The position numbers were made by a program, and so were the translations under genes. From contig CBFFRP010000285.1 of assembly GCA_965644295.1 (NCBI GenBank), positions 96,130-160,129 of the forward strand: DNA of 64,000 nucleotides, in the 5' to 3' direction. Under the pieces are notes generated by a model, which saw only the letters and a list, made by a program, of their open reading frames with translations, was not told where the DNA came from and made no database searches. Below, one piece after another: positions 11,823-24,653 of this stretch; positions within the stretch are counted from its first letter, which is position 1; every line of letters starts with the position of its first letter. This DNA is from Paraphysomonas bandaiensis (Eukaryota; Protista; Chrysophyceae).

Positions 11823-14800
11823 ATGGGTAATGAAATATCAGCTGCTAAGATTGATATCATTGAAGACTCTCGTAGTAGTGAACGTAAACGGACTGTGATT
11901 GCAGATGCTACGAAATCATTAGCAAAATCACAAATTAATCATCAATTTGTATGGTATTATCCAAATTGGGAATCTTATTTAGATGAATCTGGAAATACTT
12001 ATTATTATAATGATCTTACCAAAGAAACCAAATGGGATCCTCGTGAATTAGATGATGGATATGAAGGACAATTAGAATCTACTCAAGAAGATATTGAATG
12101 GGAAGGTCCAGCACCTACATTAGGTGAATCAGGGAAAACATTTTCACGAACAAGTAGTCTTGAAGAATATTATGCAAAGAAAACACAACAAATGGAAGAG
12201 AGGAAAGAAGAACTTAAAGCTGATCCATTTGCTCATTGGAAAGAGCTCAGTAGAGTTGGAAAAATTGATTATTTGACTGTTGAGGAGCATGTGATCGAGT
12301 CAACTGACGTTGTTGCCGAGGTATCACAAGGCTCATTTGAACCTGAACTCCTCTACAAGCTACCATGGGCTTATAAAGTTCAGCAACTAGGTGCTGCTGT
12401 GAAGGCATGTTATCTTGAAGTTGGAGATATGTTTGACTCGTCCAAGTATGATAACTGTAATGATGTCCCGCGCTATGATGACGGTGGATTGGTCATGTGG
12501 TGGTCTGATTTAGAGGAAATGCATATGGCAGTGAATATTGTCATCGACAGTGGGGTGGTTGGACAAGAAGCGGAACACTATTCCGAAGAAATGAAGAAAC
12601 TACAAGAAATCGCATCAACAGGGAACGAAGAAGACATGCTTGAGGGATTTCTCGCCAGAAAGATTCAGGTGGATAATGAGCTGACCAGTCTAAGAGCAAG
12701 GTATTTAGTAGAGATGTGGCTAACAAAGTGCGTGTGATTTGCTTTCAGGTGTTTTGCTGCTGTTTGTATGGACAATGGGCCAACCAGGGAGCAGTTGGAC
12801 AATATTTACTCGTACGTCGACTGTGCTATGTATTTCTGCGTCCGTGATTGTTTTTAGGTATCTCAAAGAAAATGTTAACAGTGATACAGTTTTGGATGAC
12901 ATTCAAGACGAGGTGATGACAGTACATGTTTGCTTGCTTGTGTCATATTTCTTGTTCTTAGATGGAGGAAGTTGTTTCCACAGTGGTAGAGCAGAAGCAT
13001 CGATACATGGTGGATGTTGTTTTAATGATGGGCTTGCTGGAAGATGAAGAGGAGCGTCTTGAGAAACGCATAAGGAACTTCAAGGGTGGAAGACGCAGGC
13101 TTGGCGCTCAGAGCGATGACCAGGAAGACAGTCAGGATGAGTTAGATGAAGAGCAGCTTGGAGTAGGTGACAGCGCCGCTTTAAATGAGATGACAGGTCA
13201 AGTCGAAGAAGGTCTTATTGTTGAGTGTGACCCTGAGGGAGGATCGATGCCACAGAGTGTTAATGGAACCATTGACGATAGCGAGCTTCTAGCAGCGGCT
13301 GATAGAGCGACTGTGAAATCCAAAATAGCCGAGCAAGCCAGTGAAGCGTCGAAACTATCCGAAGAGTTGATGCACCAAAAAAGTCAGAAATCAAAGGCTC
13401 TCCAAGAGCGTTTGGCAAAGAAGAGGGCAGAGCGAGAGAAACAGTTGATGGAAGAGGGTCTCAGTTCCGAAGAGGTGGTGGCTAAAGTGGAGCTGGAGAT
13501 TATTGAAGAGAAGGCTGCTGCTGAAGATGAAATGGATAGAATGGTCACTGAGGCATTGAAAACCAAAGATTTGGAAATTAAAGAGAAACTAGATAAAGTT
13601 GCTGATGAAGAAGCTAGTCGTATTAGTAGTGAGATCGAAGAGGAGAGAGTAATGAAAGTAGAAGCTCTGAAGCACGATCTCGATGATCAGCGCAAGCGTA
13701 GGGAGGAAGAAGTCATGAAGGAAATGAACTGCGGAGCAGCTGCAGCTGCCGCAATCGTCGAAGATGAAATAGCTGAAAAAGAAGCTGAAGAGATGAAAAA
13801 AATCGAAGACGAGCTTCGTCTGAAAGCTGAGAAACGGAGAATGGCAGTGGTTGAATCTATTAGAGATGAACACTTGAAAACTGCGGAACAGTTAGAAAGT
13901 GAACTTCAATCCCAGAAGGAACGAAAAATTAAATCTCTCAAAAATCGATTGGAAAAACGTAAAGAAGCCCGAGCCAACGAATTGATGAATTCCGGTGTTT
14001 CCGTAGATGAGGCTGTTGCAGTTGCTGACATAGAGGTGAAGGGAGAAATCGAAGCAGAGATGAAAAAAGTGGAGGAAGAATCTCAAGCGCAACTTGAAGA
14101 AGCGAAGATGGCCACAGTGAATGCACTGAAGGCAGTTCAAGAAAAAGAAGCTGCTCGGTTAGAGCAAGATCTTTTACATCGAGAATCTCGGCAGAAGCGC
14201 TCGCTACATGAGCGGCTGGCGAACAGAGAGAAGAAGAGGGAAAAAGCCCTTCAAGAGGACGGTTTCAGTGAAGATGAAGCAAAGCAAATTGCTGAAGAGG
14301 AACAGAAAACAGCCGAGGCAAAAGCACTAGAGGCGATTGAGATGGAGATGAAGACAATAAAAGATGCCCAAGAGGCCGAATCGAAGCGGCTTGATGAGTA
14401 TCACTCTGTCAAAAGGGAGTCAAACAAGAAAAGTCTTGAGGACAGATTAGCCAAAAGGAAGGCCAAAAAAGAAACTGAGTTGACCCCAGAAGAAAAAATG
14501 GAGCAATTCTTGAAATCTGTACGTGAACGACAAAAACAGAATTTAGACAAATTATCTGCCTTTATTGATGCGGAAAAGTCTAAGGCTATCGCAGCTGCAG
14601 AGTCGAATATGTCCTTAGAATCTGAGAACCATACTGATCCTATCCATACGGCGATGCTTTTTGCAGTTGTTAAGGAAAGCATGCTTACTGGCTACAAGAA
14701 ACAGTGTGTGTACCAAGTGCGAGCTATTAAAGATAATCAACAACCACGTGACCTCTCTCCAGAAGAACATAGAGCTGCAATGGTAACGGCTTCGGAACAA

Positions 14801-16439
14801 CTTATTTCTCGCCATGCCCGCGACCAGAAGGGCATGATGGACACTCAGATTGCAGAGCAACAGCGAACGCGGGTCAAGCTGGAGGAGGACTGTGCACCTA
14901 TAGAAAAGATTATGGATATGGAGGAAAAATATTACAAACGAAATGTGGACTCCGTTCGCAAACAACAGGCGAAACTGTTTCTTGCGCTTGCCGGTGTCCA
15001 CGTTGATGTAAGCTTGCTTGCAAATACAAGTTCTGCTGCCGATCCTGATGCCCTTGATGATGAAGACGATATCTTTGGCGATTCTCATGCAGCAAGTACC
15101 GTTTTCAGTGAAGATGCCTGTGCCTGGTTTTCTGGAGTTATGGGCTTATATTCTGTATATGACAAAGTTCCAGACGCTCTCATTTCTAAACTACAACATG
15201 TGATGATGCAGGTACTGTGAGAGTTCTTATTAGTTGTGTAATTTACGCTACTCCAGATAAAAGTTGAAGTTCAAAAAGGAAATGCCAAAGCCCTCGAGGT
15301 TGCACCTGCTGGGGCGGTGCTCTATCAGCTGAGCTTGGCAGTTCTTAAAGCAATATGTGACGCCTTTGAACAGCAGATTAGTAACGCATTGCTTGTTCCC
15401 TCATACTCTTCTGTAAGTCTTTAATATTCTTTAATAGTTTCTAATATGTTGTTGTAGGCAAGCTCTAGAGATATTAAAGAAGCTATTTCGAAATCTGTTG
15501 ATAAAATGCGGTCAAACTTAACACTTGAGGCTGCCTTCAATGCAGGAGAGGCCAGCGATTTTGTCAAAACGCATTTCAAAACAGCCCTGGATCAGTTTTT
15601 GGAGAATCCAGTGATTCCTACCCACGCCTTCCTTGAAGCATTGAAATCGATGAAGTCCATGCAGTCAGCTAATGCAAAGACGACTGGTTCCGGAGAAAAT
15701 CCAACAGCAGCAGTGGACGAATTACGAGATAGGAAATCTCGAATGATAAAGAGCATAGAGACGAAAGTTGAAAGGAAAAGGCGAGATATCCACGAAAAAT
15801 TTAGGAAGCGCTTGTGCGTAGTTCCGTATCTATCAATCGATTGTGTTATTCATACTTTGTCTTTTCAGGGAGCATAAAACTCATGAATGCAAAGAGGCAA
15901 AGATTGAACTTCCAGAAGATTTTTCCTCGTCAGAAGAATCTGCACAAAGGGAAGAAATCATTAATTTAGATTTGGCTTTTGAAGAGGTCAAGGATATTAT
16001 AAACAGCAGTTCTGCAGATAACTTGAAGCTGGTAGTTCATGGAGCCATTGCTGATAACTTGTTTTATACTGTGCGTTCATATTGTAGGTAAGTGTTGATG
16101 GTTTAATGCTTGCATTGGAAAAGAAATTGAAAGGAGACTCCGTGGAAAGCCTTGATTTCAAGCAATTAGAGGTTTGTATTGCTGTATATATGTAATGCGG
16201 TTTAACGAAGGTGATAGCTTGAAGCTCAAAAAGAAAACGAGAAGTTGGAAGCCAAGCGTCTAATGAAAATGCAAAAGGATGAAGCTGAAAAGTTGGATGT
16301 CATGTTAAAGGTATACAATAATGGTCCTGATACCATACTTCTGATTTACAAGCTGCATTAGGTCCAGCGAGCACGTGAACAGCAAGCTCTTCAGAAGCGC
16401 CTGTTGGCGAGAAAGTCAAAATCAAAAAAGTCTGCGTAA
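11823..16439 (+). CDS. Large WW-domain, long coiled-coil protein; multi-exon
   Basis: WW motif WESYLDESGNTYYYNDLTKETKWDP; E/K-rich helical repeats with LxxRLxxR; ORFs linked by short GT-AG introns to TAA at 16437-16439. Confidence 0.75.
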
Positions 16440-17059
16440 TGTGATATACGATGTAAATTATGACATCGAGTTTTATTCCAATTCGTTCACCTTTGTGTTT
16501 GATCAACTGGTTTTGTTGATTTACTGTCACTCTTTTATTTAAAGTACTATATGTAAAACTGGAGTAGATAAATGGTATGTTTCGTGATATATTTAAGTCA
16601 TGATGTGCTTGTTTGTCGAGTATATGGGCCTATATTGTTGGTACGTCATTGGATTTCGTTGTCTTTGGAGTAGAAGTTTTATTCTATGAATCAACAATCA
16701 AGTTTAATCAATCTTTCGTCATCAATACTGTAAGATAAATACTAGCTATCTGGTTGCAATACATAGGATACGTACAGAGATATAAACTCAGTTATGTAGT
16801 GAGCTATAGCTGTAAAGAAAATTCATTCTGCTTGTACAACTTAATGAATTGAACATTTCACTACTATTCTTTTCATCGTTCCACATTGAACAATGTAAAG
16901 TATTTTTGCAGAATAGAATTGACATTTTGATCTTCCTTTTCTAATATATGCCGAAACCCGGTTTGACAACCTACATCTGACAAGCAGCACATATAACGCT
17001 ATCATTAACATCGATTCTATTAGTTGAGCAAAGATGATTTTATGTTACATCGATTCTAT

Positions 17060-18384
17060 CAGGGATAGGGAACAATATATTGCAATACTATTGTTAGGTA
17101 GCGTTCCATCAATAGTATTGATGGATTTTTTAAACCGGCCCTACAATACTATTGCAATATATTGCAATATATTGTACAATATATTGCAATATATTAGTAT
17201 GACTAATCAGTAAGTAAACACATCCGTAGTTTTCATTTTTAGTACTTGCCATATTTTATAAGGTCTAAGGTCACTTGATAATCAAACCCACTACTCTTAA
17301 CTAATTAAAAGTTTCCTCATACTCATCCTCTGAGCCATCATCGGTGACATCATCATCACCATATTCATTCAATATTGATTGAAATATGCTTGCATCCGGC
17401 CACAACTGTCGGTTAGCTTTCAGAAACAACAGCATATTAAGTGTAGTAGGATGCATACGTTTGCGCAACACTGATATAATCAGTTTTGCTGCGCTGAACA
17501 GGCGTTCACACGTATTGGAAGTACATACTACATGACTCGTGCACCTGTACTTAGATATTTCAACTTTTCGCTTCTTAAGTTTTTGAGCTGATTGAAGAAT
17601 TTTTTCCGCATAGCCAACTTCAGCTTCATCATCCTCTGTATTGTTGCAATAATCACTGTCTGAACGGAGATATATTCTAACAGCATCTTTCTCAGATCTT
17701 GTCAAGTCCAATTCTTCGCCTGCTTGGAGTTTTGCAATTCCATTCTCGAAATTCGGATCATTAAGTCTGAAGGCTGCAGAACAAAAGCATCCATGGGACC
17801 ATTGGTGCAGACAGCCCGTAAATACCTCTTCAATGTCTCCTCCCACACATCATGAGAGAAAGTGTGATCCTTTAGATTGTTGTATCCATTCCGAATATTC
17901 TGTTGTCGTTTACGTCCGCAGATTTTACACTCGTGTTTGTTCGGGACACCTTCGACCGGACTCCAAAAACAGCGGTAAATGTCCCTACTCTTGTATGCAC
18001 TCATCATTCAGTTGTCTCTTCTTGTCACTATAGGATATATATACTATATTAAGAGAAGTACTGTACATACATGTGGAGAGGTGTAGAGTGCTGTTTGAGC
18101 TGGCGATACATAAAAAATAGAAAATAACATCAAAAATAGGCTTTTTTTCTTATTTTCCGGATATTTGTATACAGAGGCGTATATTTTGCACCATACAGTT
18201 GAGGATCTTCTCTTATATGACTATCATAATATTGATTGCAATATATTGCAATAGTATTGTGAGCTCTATTAACAGAAACACTATTGATGGAATATTTGAC
18301 CAGTCCACCAATCAATATATTTTACAATATATTGCAATATATTGTACAATATATTGCAATACAATATATTGTTCCCTATCCCTG
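17060..18384 (-). mobile_element. Internally deleted hAT DNA transposon
   Basis: 23-bp perfect TIR CAGGGATAGGGAACAATATATTG; 8-bp TSD GATTCTAT (17052-17059, 18385-18392); subterminal CAATATATTG repeats; BED finger (CKIC..NLKDH..H, 17702-18007) and hAT dimerisation motif (TSNTCERLFS, 17301-17846) without the catalytic core. Confidence 0.95.
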
Positions 18385-18899
18385 GATTCTATTAGTTGAG
18401 CAAAGATGATTTCTGCCCCATGATGACTGCGTAACTAATCACCGCGTTTAACCATCTAGTGAGTGTTACACATTGCTTAGTTCAGCAGCGCTTACCCACC
18501 CGGGTTCTCACGTTCTCACTGCATATTCAGCGCCAAATACCGTATGATATTGATGTAGCACTGCAACCACACTGACGGAATTAATGTAATAATCAGCTAT
18601 TTAGTTATTTTATATTTTATACTGTGATATCTATATTATATATGCCTATGGACTATGGATGTAGCTAGAGTCCACTTCGTTGATAGAGTTTTGAGGGGAT
18701 CACTAGAGAAATATATTCCTACTATCTCCACAAAGATCAGATAAGAATTGTGGGCAAGACAACTTGATGAGATAGGTCAAGATGTCCTGGCATAGCATTT
18801 ACTACGATGCAGGGCTGCGTAATAATTAATTGCAATTAAATTGAAATTATTAGGTATAGCATTGTAGTACGATGCACTGTTCTGAGTATATTAGTAAGT

Positions 18900-19078
18900 A
18901 CTACGATCTACATTATCATGGTCGACCACAGTCATTGAGTATACGAGTATGCAACATGCAACAGTACGTCAGCACATTAAAAGTTATTCTTGTGACTTGT
19001 GAATATGAATAATCCTTAGAATTATGATGTAGCCGACAAAATATAATTTTAGTCGTAAATTTCAAGCCTGTGTATTTC
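18900..19078 (+). repeat. Left copy of 179-bp direct repeat flanking the LINE (putative TSD)
   Basis: Identical by eye to 22193-22371. Confidence 0.92.
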
Positions 19079-22000
19079 AACGATGTAGTTGACTGGTTTG
19101 GCAACTTAGATGCCGGCGGTCTAACATTTCCCTGGACACCATTCATGGCAAACAACATAGAGCCACGTTCTCTCCTTGACCTCCTGTCCGCAGACGGCCA
19201 CTTCATTGCACTATTCAGTCTGGGTTTCGAAGCCGAAAGGGGTATCACCCAAGGGGGCACAGAATCCACATGCGCCTGGGTGGCACTCTACGACATCCTT
19301 CTCACGTGGCTGGACATTGAACTGTCAACAACGAGTCCAACGTTACCAACTATTCAACTCACGACTCCGACTACCGGCGAAATAAAGATCTCCTTCGCGG
19401 ATGATCTTAACACAATAGCTAAATCCATACACGCTGCCCAACTCATTGCCCAACAAATATCTGCGTTCTGCGTACTTTCGGGAATGGAGCTCTCTATCCC
19501 CAAAGTAGTTTGCACAGTGTTTCCGATCCTACAAGATTCCAACAAGTCCTCCGACCCCATTGGCTACATCATTCTCTACGACTGGTCGTGGCGTCCACAC
19601 CCAGTCCCTATCCAAACATCACTAGAGTCGATACATTACCTCGGAGCAGACCTTCCTCTCACAATCACAGACAAGGCCTCCCATGATTGGTGTCTAAAAT
19701 ACCTGAAAGTCGTGACCACACACCTAGGGATTAAACAGGCCTCAGCCGGCTGTAAAGTCATGGTTATCGAGACCCAAATCATACCGACTTTGCTCTATAG
19801 AGCCACCAAAGCTTCATGGCCGCTACACTGGTACAGAGAAATTGACGCTGCTTGCGCAACCCTCTACAGAAAGGCCCTCAGTCTAGGCCCTGGATACCCC
19901 ACGGAACTGATCTACCTCTCACTCAAGCACAACGGATTAGGTATGAAACGTTTCTCAGACTCGGCGCAGGAGCAAAAATGGGGATCTCTACAGCGCGCAA
20001 TAACCCTCGGGGGAGAAGCAGGTCAAGCAGCACATTTTCTACTCACTCAGACAACAGAGCCACAGCCCCAATACCACCACTATGTTCTCAGCCTCAGGGA
20101 ATGGGGAACGGAATTGGGCCTTACCCTTCAGGAACCTGAGCCCCCCGAACCACAGGATGAACACATGCTGACCAACCTAAAACAAGAACTCGGCCTTAAT
20201 AGTGTCCAACCAGATACTTTCAAGGCTATCTTCACAGATGGATCATACACAGCCAGTGCGCTCTCCACTCGTCGCCTCACTCATGTCAATCCGCGAACCC
20301 GATGGACACACCGAGGAGGTGCAGCGGTCGTCTACTTACCCCCAGAAAATGCCTGGGAAGATGGTACAACCACAATACTACGACTAGATACACCCTTTCG
20401 TGACGTGCCCGGTTTGGACTCATACGCATACGAACTCATAGGCACAGCCATGGGGCTTATACTCTCAACACGTATTCCCGAACACATACGAAGCCACACA
20501 GACTGTCAGGCAGTGTGCACCCGCACTGAGGAAGCACTCTCCACAAGACGCAGAGCTCTCGGTCACCGTGCAAAAGGGGTACTACTCGAAAGCATCGCAG
20601 CCAGCAGAGATTGCAAACGACAGGTGACCTGGGTGAGGTCCCATCCCGAACGACGTACCACAGATGAAACGGAGTGGACGTTTGAGGACAAGGGCATCTA
20701 TATTGCGGACGCAGTTGCGGGTGAAGACTGGCATGAAGTCGATCGCATCCTTGGAAAAAATAACTACACTGTCTGCACAATTGCGATTGACAGTGCCATC
20801 GAACGCTTACTAACTGCTGGATTATGGCACTGGCGTATGCACAGTACAAGACGGCCATACTACTCTAGCCCACTCCTTACTAATTTCCAGGATCTCTGCG
20901 ACCTAAGGACACTTGAGAACTACACTTCAACCAGAGATCAACGCTACGGACACAATCCTGATCGAGCGCCTGGCTACTGGACCAATAGCGGAGTACACCT
21001 CCCGCGCAAACTAGCTCAAGCGGATGGCAGTGCATCCAAAGACAAACTCAGCTCAAATCTACGCCAAAGAATACTCAACACGGCACTGACATGGGACAAA
21101 TCTTTCTGCATAGGGAGGAACCGGGCCAAAACCAAACAGGGACTTGACCTGACCAAAGCCGCATGCTCTGACTGCGGGTTTCGACTAGATTCCCTAAAAC
21201 ATATGTGCCTCGACTGCACACATGAATCCATCACCCAAATAAGGGAAACTGCATTTCAATCGCATAAAAATGTGCTCCACGAAATACAGAGAACTCAGAC
21301 CTTACCCAACTGGATCACATCTGCACTACGGAGACTCTCCAGCAGAGCCTGGAATCCCTCCATCCCACAGGTCGAGAGATACTGGACTGGAACCATCACA
21401 GCAGCCCAACTGGAAACGGTCTTCGAAGATGCCATACACAACCACCTGACGGCACACAGTCTACGGAACCTAGAAACAGCGGTTATTAATCTCCTGCAAC
21501 CGCTTTACACTGCAGCGAAGCTTATGCTACAGGATCGCGGTTGTCGCTATATCACCATGTCCAAAAGGCCGCCCAGACTACTCCCGAGACCCCGTCCGAA
21601 ACGCAGTCAGTCAAGACAACGTCCGAGAGTCCTTCGACTACTAGGGGTCCAACGAAGACCCCCCACAGCGTCCCCGACTCCAGACACACGTGCACACCTC
21701 ACAGGTCCTACCCGACAGAGCACTGGACTGCCCAGACCTCCACAACGCCGACGGCTTCGACAACTCTATCTACACCCGCGGCCCCACAGGAGCACAGTAA
21801 CACAGACTACAAACCCAACTCCTCCTCCCAACAATCCCCACCACTCTCAACCCACACATCTGGAACTAGGTGCACTCAGGACCCTAATCCAGAACGCTGA
21901 GCCCCCTCCAACACCAATGGAGACCCATCCCAAAGGGAGACCCCCAGATCAATAGCGCCGGTGAGTCCACGGACACACGATAAAGGCGAATTTCATATCA

Positions 22001-22197
22001 CACAAAAGAACGGAAGTGGTTGCACCTTGGTGCTTGCGGCGACGCACAAGCAGCTTTCGTAGCGTTAAATAGTAGGATAAAAGAGTTTGTATTGATTAGT
22101 TACGGGTAGTGGTCTAACTAGTATGACTAGCATTCTTCTAGCCACTAATTGATGCAAGGTCTCAACGCCTATTGCTAAATAATCAGACATTCACTAC
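19079..22197 (+). mobile_element. 5'-truncated non-LTR retrotransposon (RT - RNase H - CCHC finger), clade unresolved
   Basis: Uninterrupted ORF to 21955: RGITQG, ISFADD, HYLG, RNase H (FTDGS, YELIG, HTDC, WVRSH, ADAVA), CxxC..HxxxxC; ~240-nt 3' UTR ending GACATTCACTAC. Confidence 0.92.
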
Positions 22198-22371
22198 GAT
22201 CTACATTATCATGGTCGACCACAGTCATTGAGTATACGAGTATGCAACATGCAACAGTACGTCAGCACATTAAAAGTTATTCTTGTGACTTGTGAATATG
22301 AATAATCCTTAGAATTATGATGTAGCCGACAAAATATAATTTTAGTCGTAAATTTCAAGCCTGTGTATTTC
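22193..22371 (+). repeat. Right copy of 179-bp direct repeat flanking the LINE
   Basis: Identical by eye to 18900-19078. Confidence 0.92.
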
Positions 22372-22619
22372 CTAATTCATAAGAATTTAACTGCTACAAA
22401 TCCGCAACGGCCAATGTTAAATTACCATGTAGCTTGTGCCCATAACATACTTTTTCTATTTGAGAATCAAACTCTATCAATAATCTTGACAACTATGCAT
22501 GCAAAGGAAGAATCATTATAATCTTAAGAAATTAGGTAAACGATTCAAACTAAATTGAGCTAAGTAATTTTTCCAATTAAGACAATTATTCTCGCATTTC
22601 TGCCGATGATATCGAAAAA

Positions 22620-23316
22620 TCACTTTTCCGCTTTGACCTCTGATGCTGCCTCGTTTCCCCCCTCTTCTTCATGATCTATTAACTTGCGGAACACGTAGCA
22701 ATGAGGAGGATCAATTCTCTTATAATAATTTTCTATCATTCCAGTTTCTTCAAATCCATGTGCACGATAAAACTCCCGGGCGTCGTTGTTACTAAGAAAA
22801 TAGTAAAACAATAAGAGCATATTGTGGTTATTCAATGCATGCACCTGATTTGGACGTGCAAATAGACCTCAGTTACTGAGGCATTGCGCCTTGCATTCTC
22901 CATCACATGGTGCAGAAGTTTCGAGGCTAATATAATAAATATTACAAATCTTCTACCTCAATTATTATCATTCATAACTTACCTATTCCACGTCTTCTAT
23001 ACGCCGGAATAACTCCAATAGTCATAATATATATTCTGTTCTTCTCACTATCCGGTAGAGGCTCAAGACGTGAACATACAGACCCAATAGCAAAACCATT
23101 CCAAAAAGCTAATAATAAAAATTATTAATATATTCATATTTATATATAAAACCAACCAAATTTGATATATTCTGGTGGTGAATTTGCTAATAATTCACGA
23201 TAGAATTTATCAGAGTAACGTACTGGTAATGCAACCATATTAAGTGTCTTTAATTGTAATAAATTATGATCTGTAACATCACCAAGTTCAATATCAAGTG
23301 GTTTTATTACTGTCAT
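22620..23316 (-). CDS. NAA50: N-alpha-acetyltransferase 50 (NatE catalytic subunit); 4 exons
   Basis: Spliced: IELGDVTDHNLLQLKTLN..LPVRYSDKFY, IYIMTIGV..AYRRRGI, VYLHVQI|SN, NYYKRIDP. Confidence 0.93.
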
Positions 23317-23405
23317 GATGAAATTGTTATAGTTATAGTTATAGAAGTTAGTTAGTTTGAATGTATGTATATATATGTGTGAGGTTTAAACTATTGACTT
23401 ATGTG

Positions 23406-23441
<36 letters not shown>

Positions 23442-24653
23442 CAGCGTACAGCATAGATATATGTACTATGTATATCACTATACACTTGTGTGGTATACCA
23501 CTCATAGATGGACATAGCGGACCATACAGATATACAGTACACCCTAATGGGTATACGGTCCTCTATACAGCAGCAGTCCACCGCCACTAACCACTCACAA
23601 CTAAAAAGCAGGATATTTTGAGTTTCAGGGTCAAATTTCTGGAGTTTATCAACCACCAATGAAATATTACAATTACAAATGCTTCTAATATGATTGGTTT
23701 TCAAACCATGCAGACAGCCTGACAGCCTGATACTGCTGTTGTATCTAACCTCATGCATATCTATCCACATACTGTACCAGAGATTGCAGAAGTAGCAGTA
23801 GCACATACATTGTTGCATATTGCCGCCAAAGAGAGTTAGACTATTGCAGTATAGGGCGGGATAGTACACCATCACAGCTGCAAGAATTATGTATATAGAT
23901 ATATATGAGATAGATTCCACTTCAATAAAGTACTTCAATAAACCATTTTAAGATAATATTAAAGCACATTGAAGAAATAACATCCTAACATGAAACTAAG
24001 TTTCAAGTCACTACACGCGTTGTTATCACAGATTGAGTGAATGTAAACTCTAGAGTCACATAGTGTTTTCTTCTTTTTCCAGTTTATTACAATACGTCGT
24101 GGTACTCTCAAACTCTAGCAGCCATAATAATACTGTAAGTTAGTGAATAGTCCAGGTCTATCGATGGTGCTATTTAGTCTGTTGTTTGGAGTGCGTTCTG
24201 ACCTTAACAAATAGATATAAGTTATAAGTCATTATGAAAAATAATATCTTCCTTTGCCAACAATTCTGGCGCGAAGCATGAGTTTATTAGACTTAATTTT
24301 CGCCAAATATGCATTTTCCTAAATATATTCAAGTTGAAGGCCTGACTTGCTTATCACTATTACTATAGAATCCTAATGGAGTGGTTGGTACGTGACGTAT
24401 AATTTAAAAGACGTGCTCGCCTCAATTTCCTTGGCAACAATAATGACTCCGCCTATTAACAGATAAAAATAAACTCATACGTGCCTACAATGCTGATTAT
24501 TACAGTGCAGTTGATCTGAATAAGTGCTATCAGAATTCATTATTTCTTAAAAAAATTACGCTACTTGAGTACACAGCAATTATATACACAGCTACTAAGG
24601 CGAATCATTCATTCCCTCTCTCAGATGTGAAAAAAGCACCGGAACAGAACGTA

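Noticed and set aside
13384-15095. Antisense and alternate-frame ORFs over real genes (also 5128-6023, 36465-38074, 39142-39663, 57984-59810)
   Set aside because: Shadow ORFs of GC-balanced or repetitive coding sequence
17060-18384. CAATATATTG repeats as a CRISPR-like array
   Set aside because: No unique spacers; these are hAT subterminal repeats
18900-22371. 179-bp direct repeats read as LTRs
   Set aside because: No TG...CA ends, PBS or PPT; the enclosed RT is non-LTR type and truncated exactly at the repeat; the ORF-track start at 19070 lies inside the repeat
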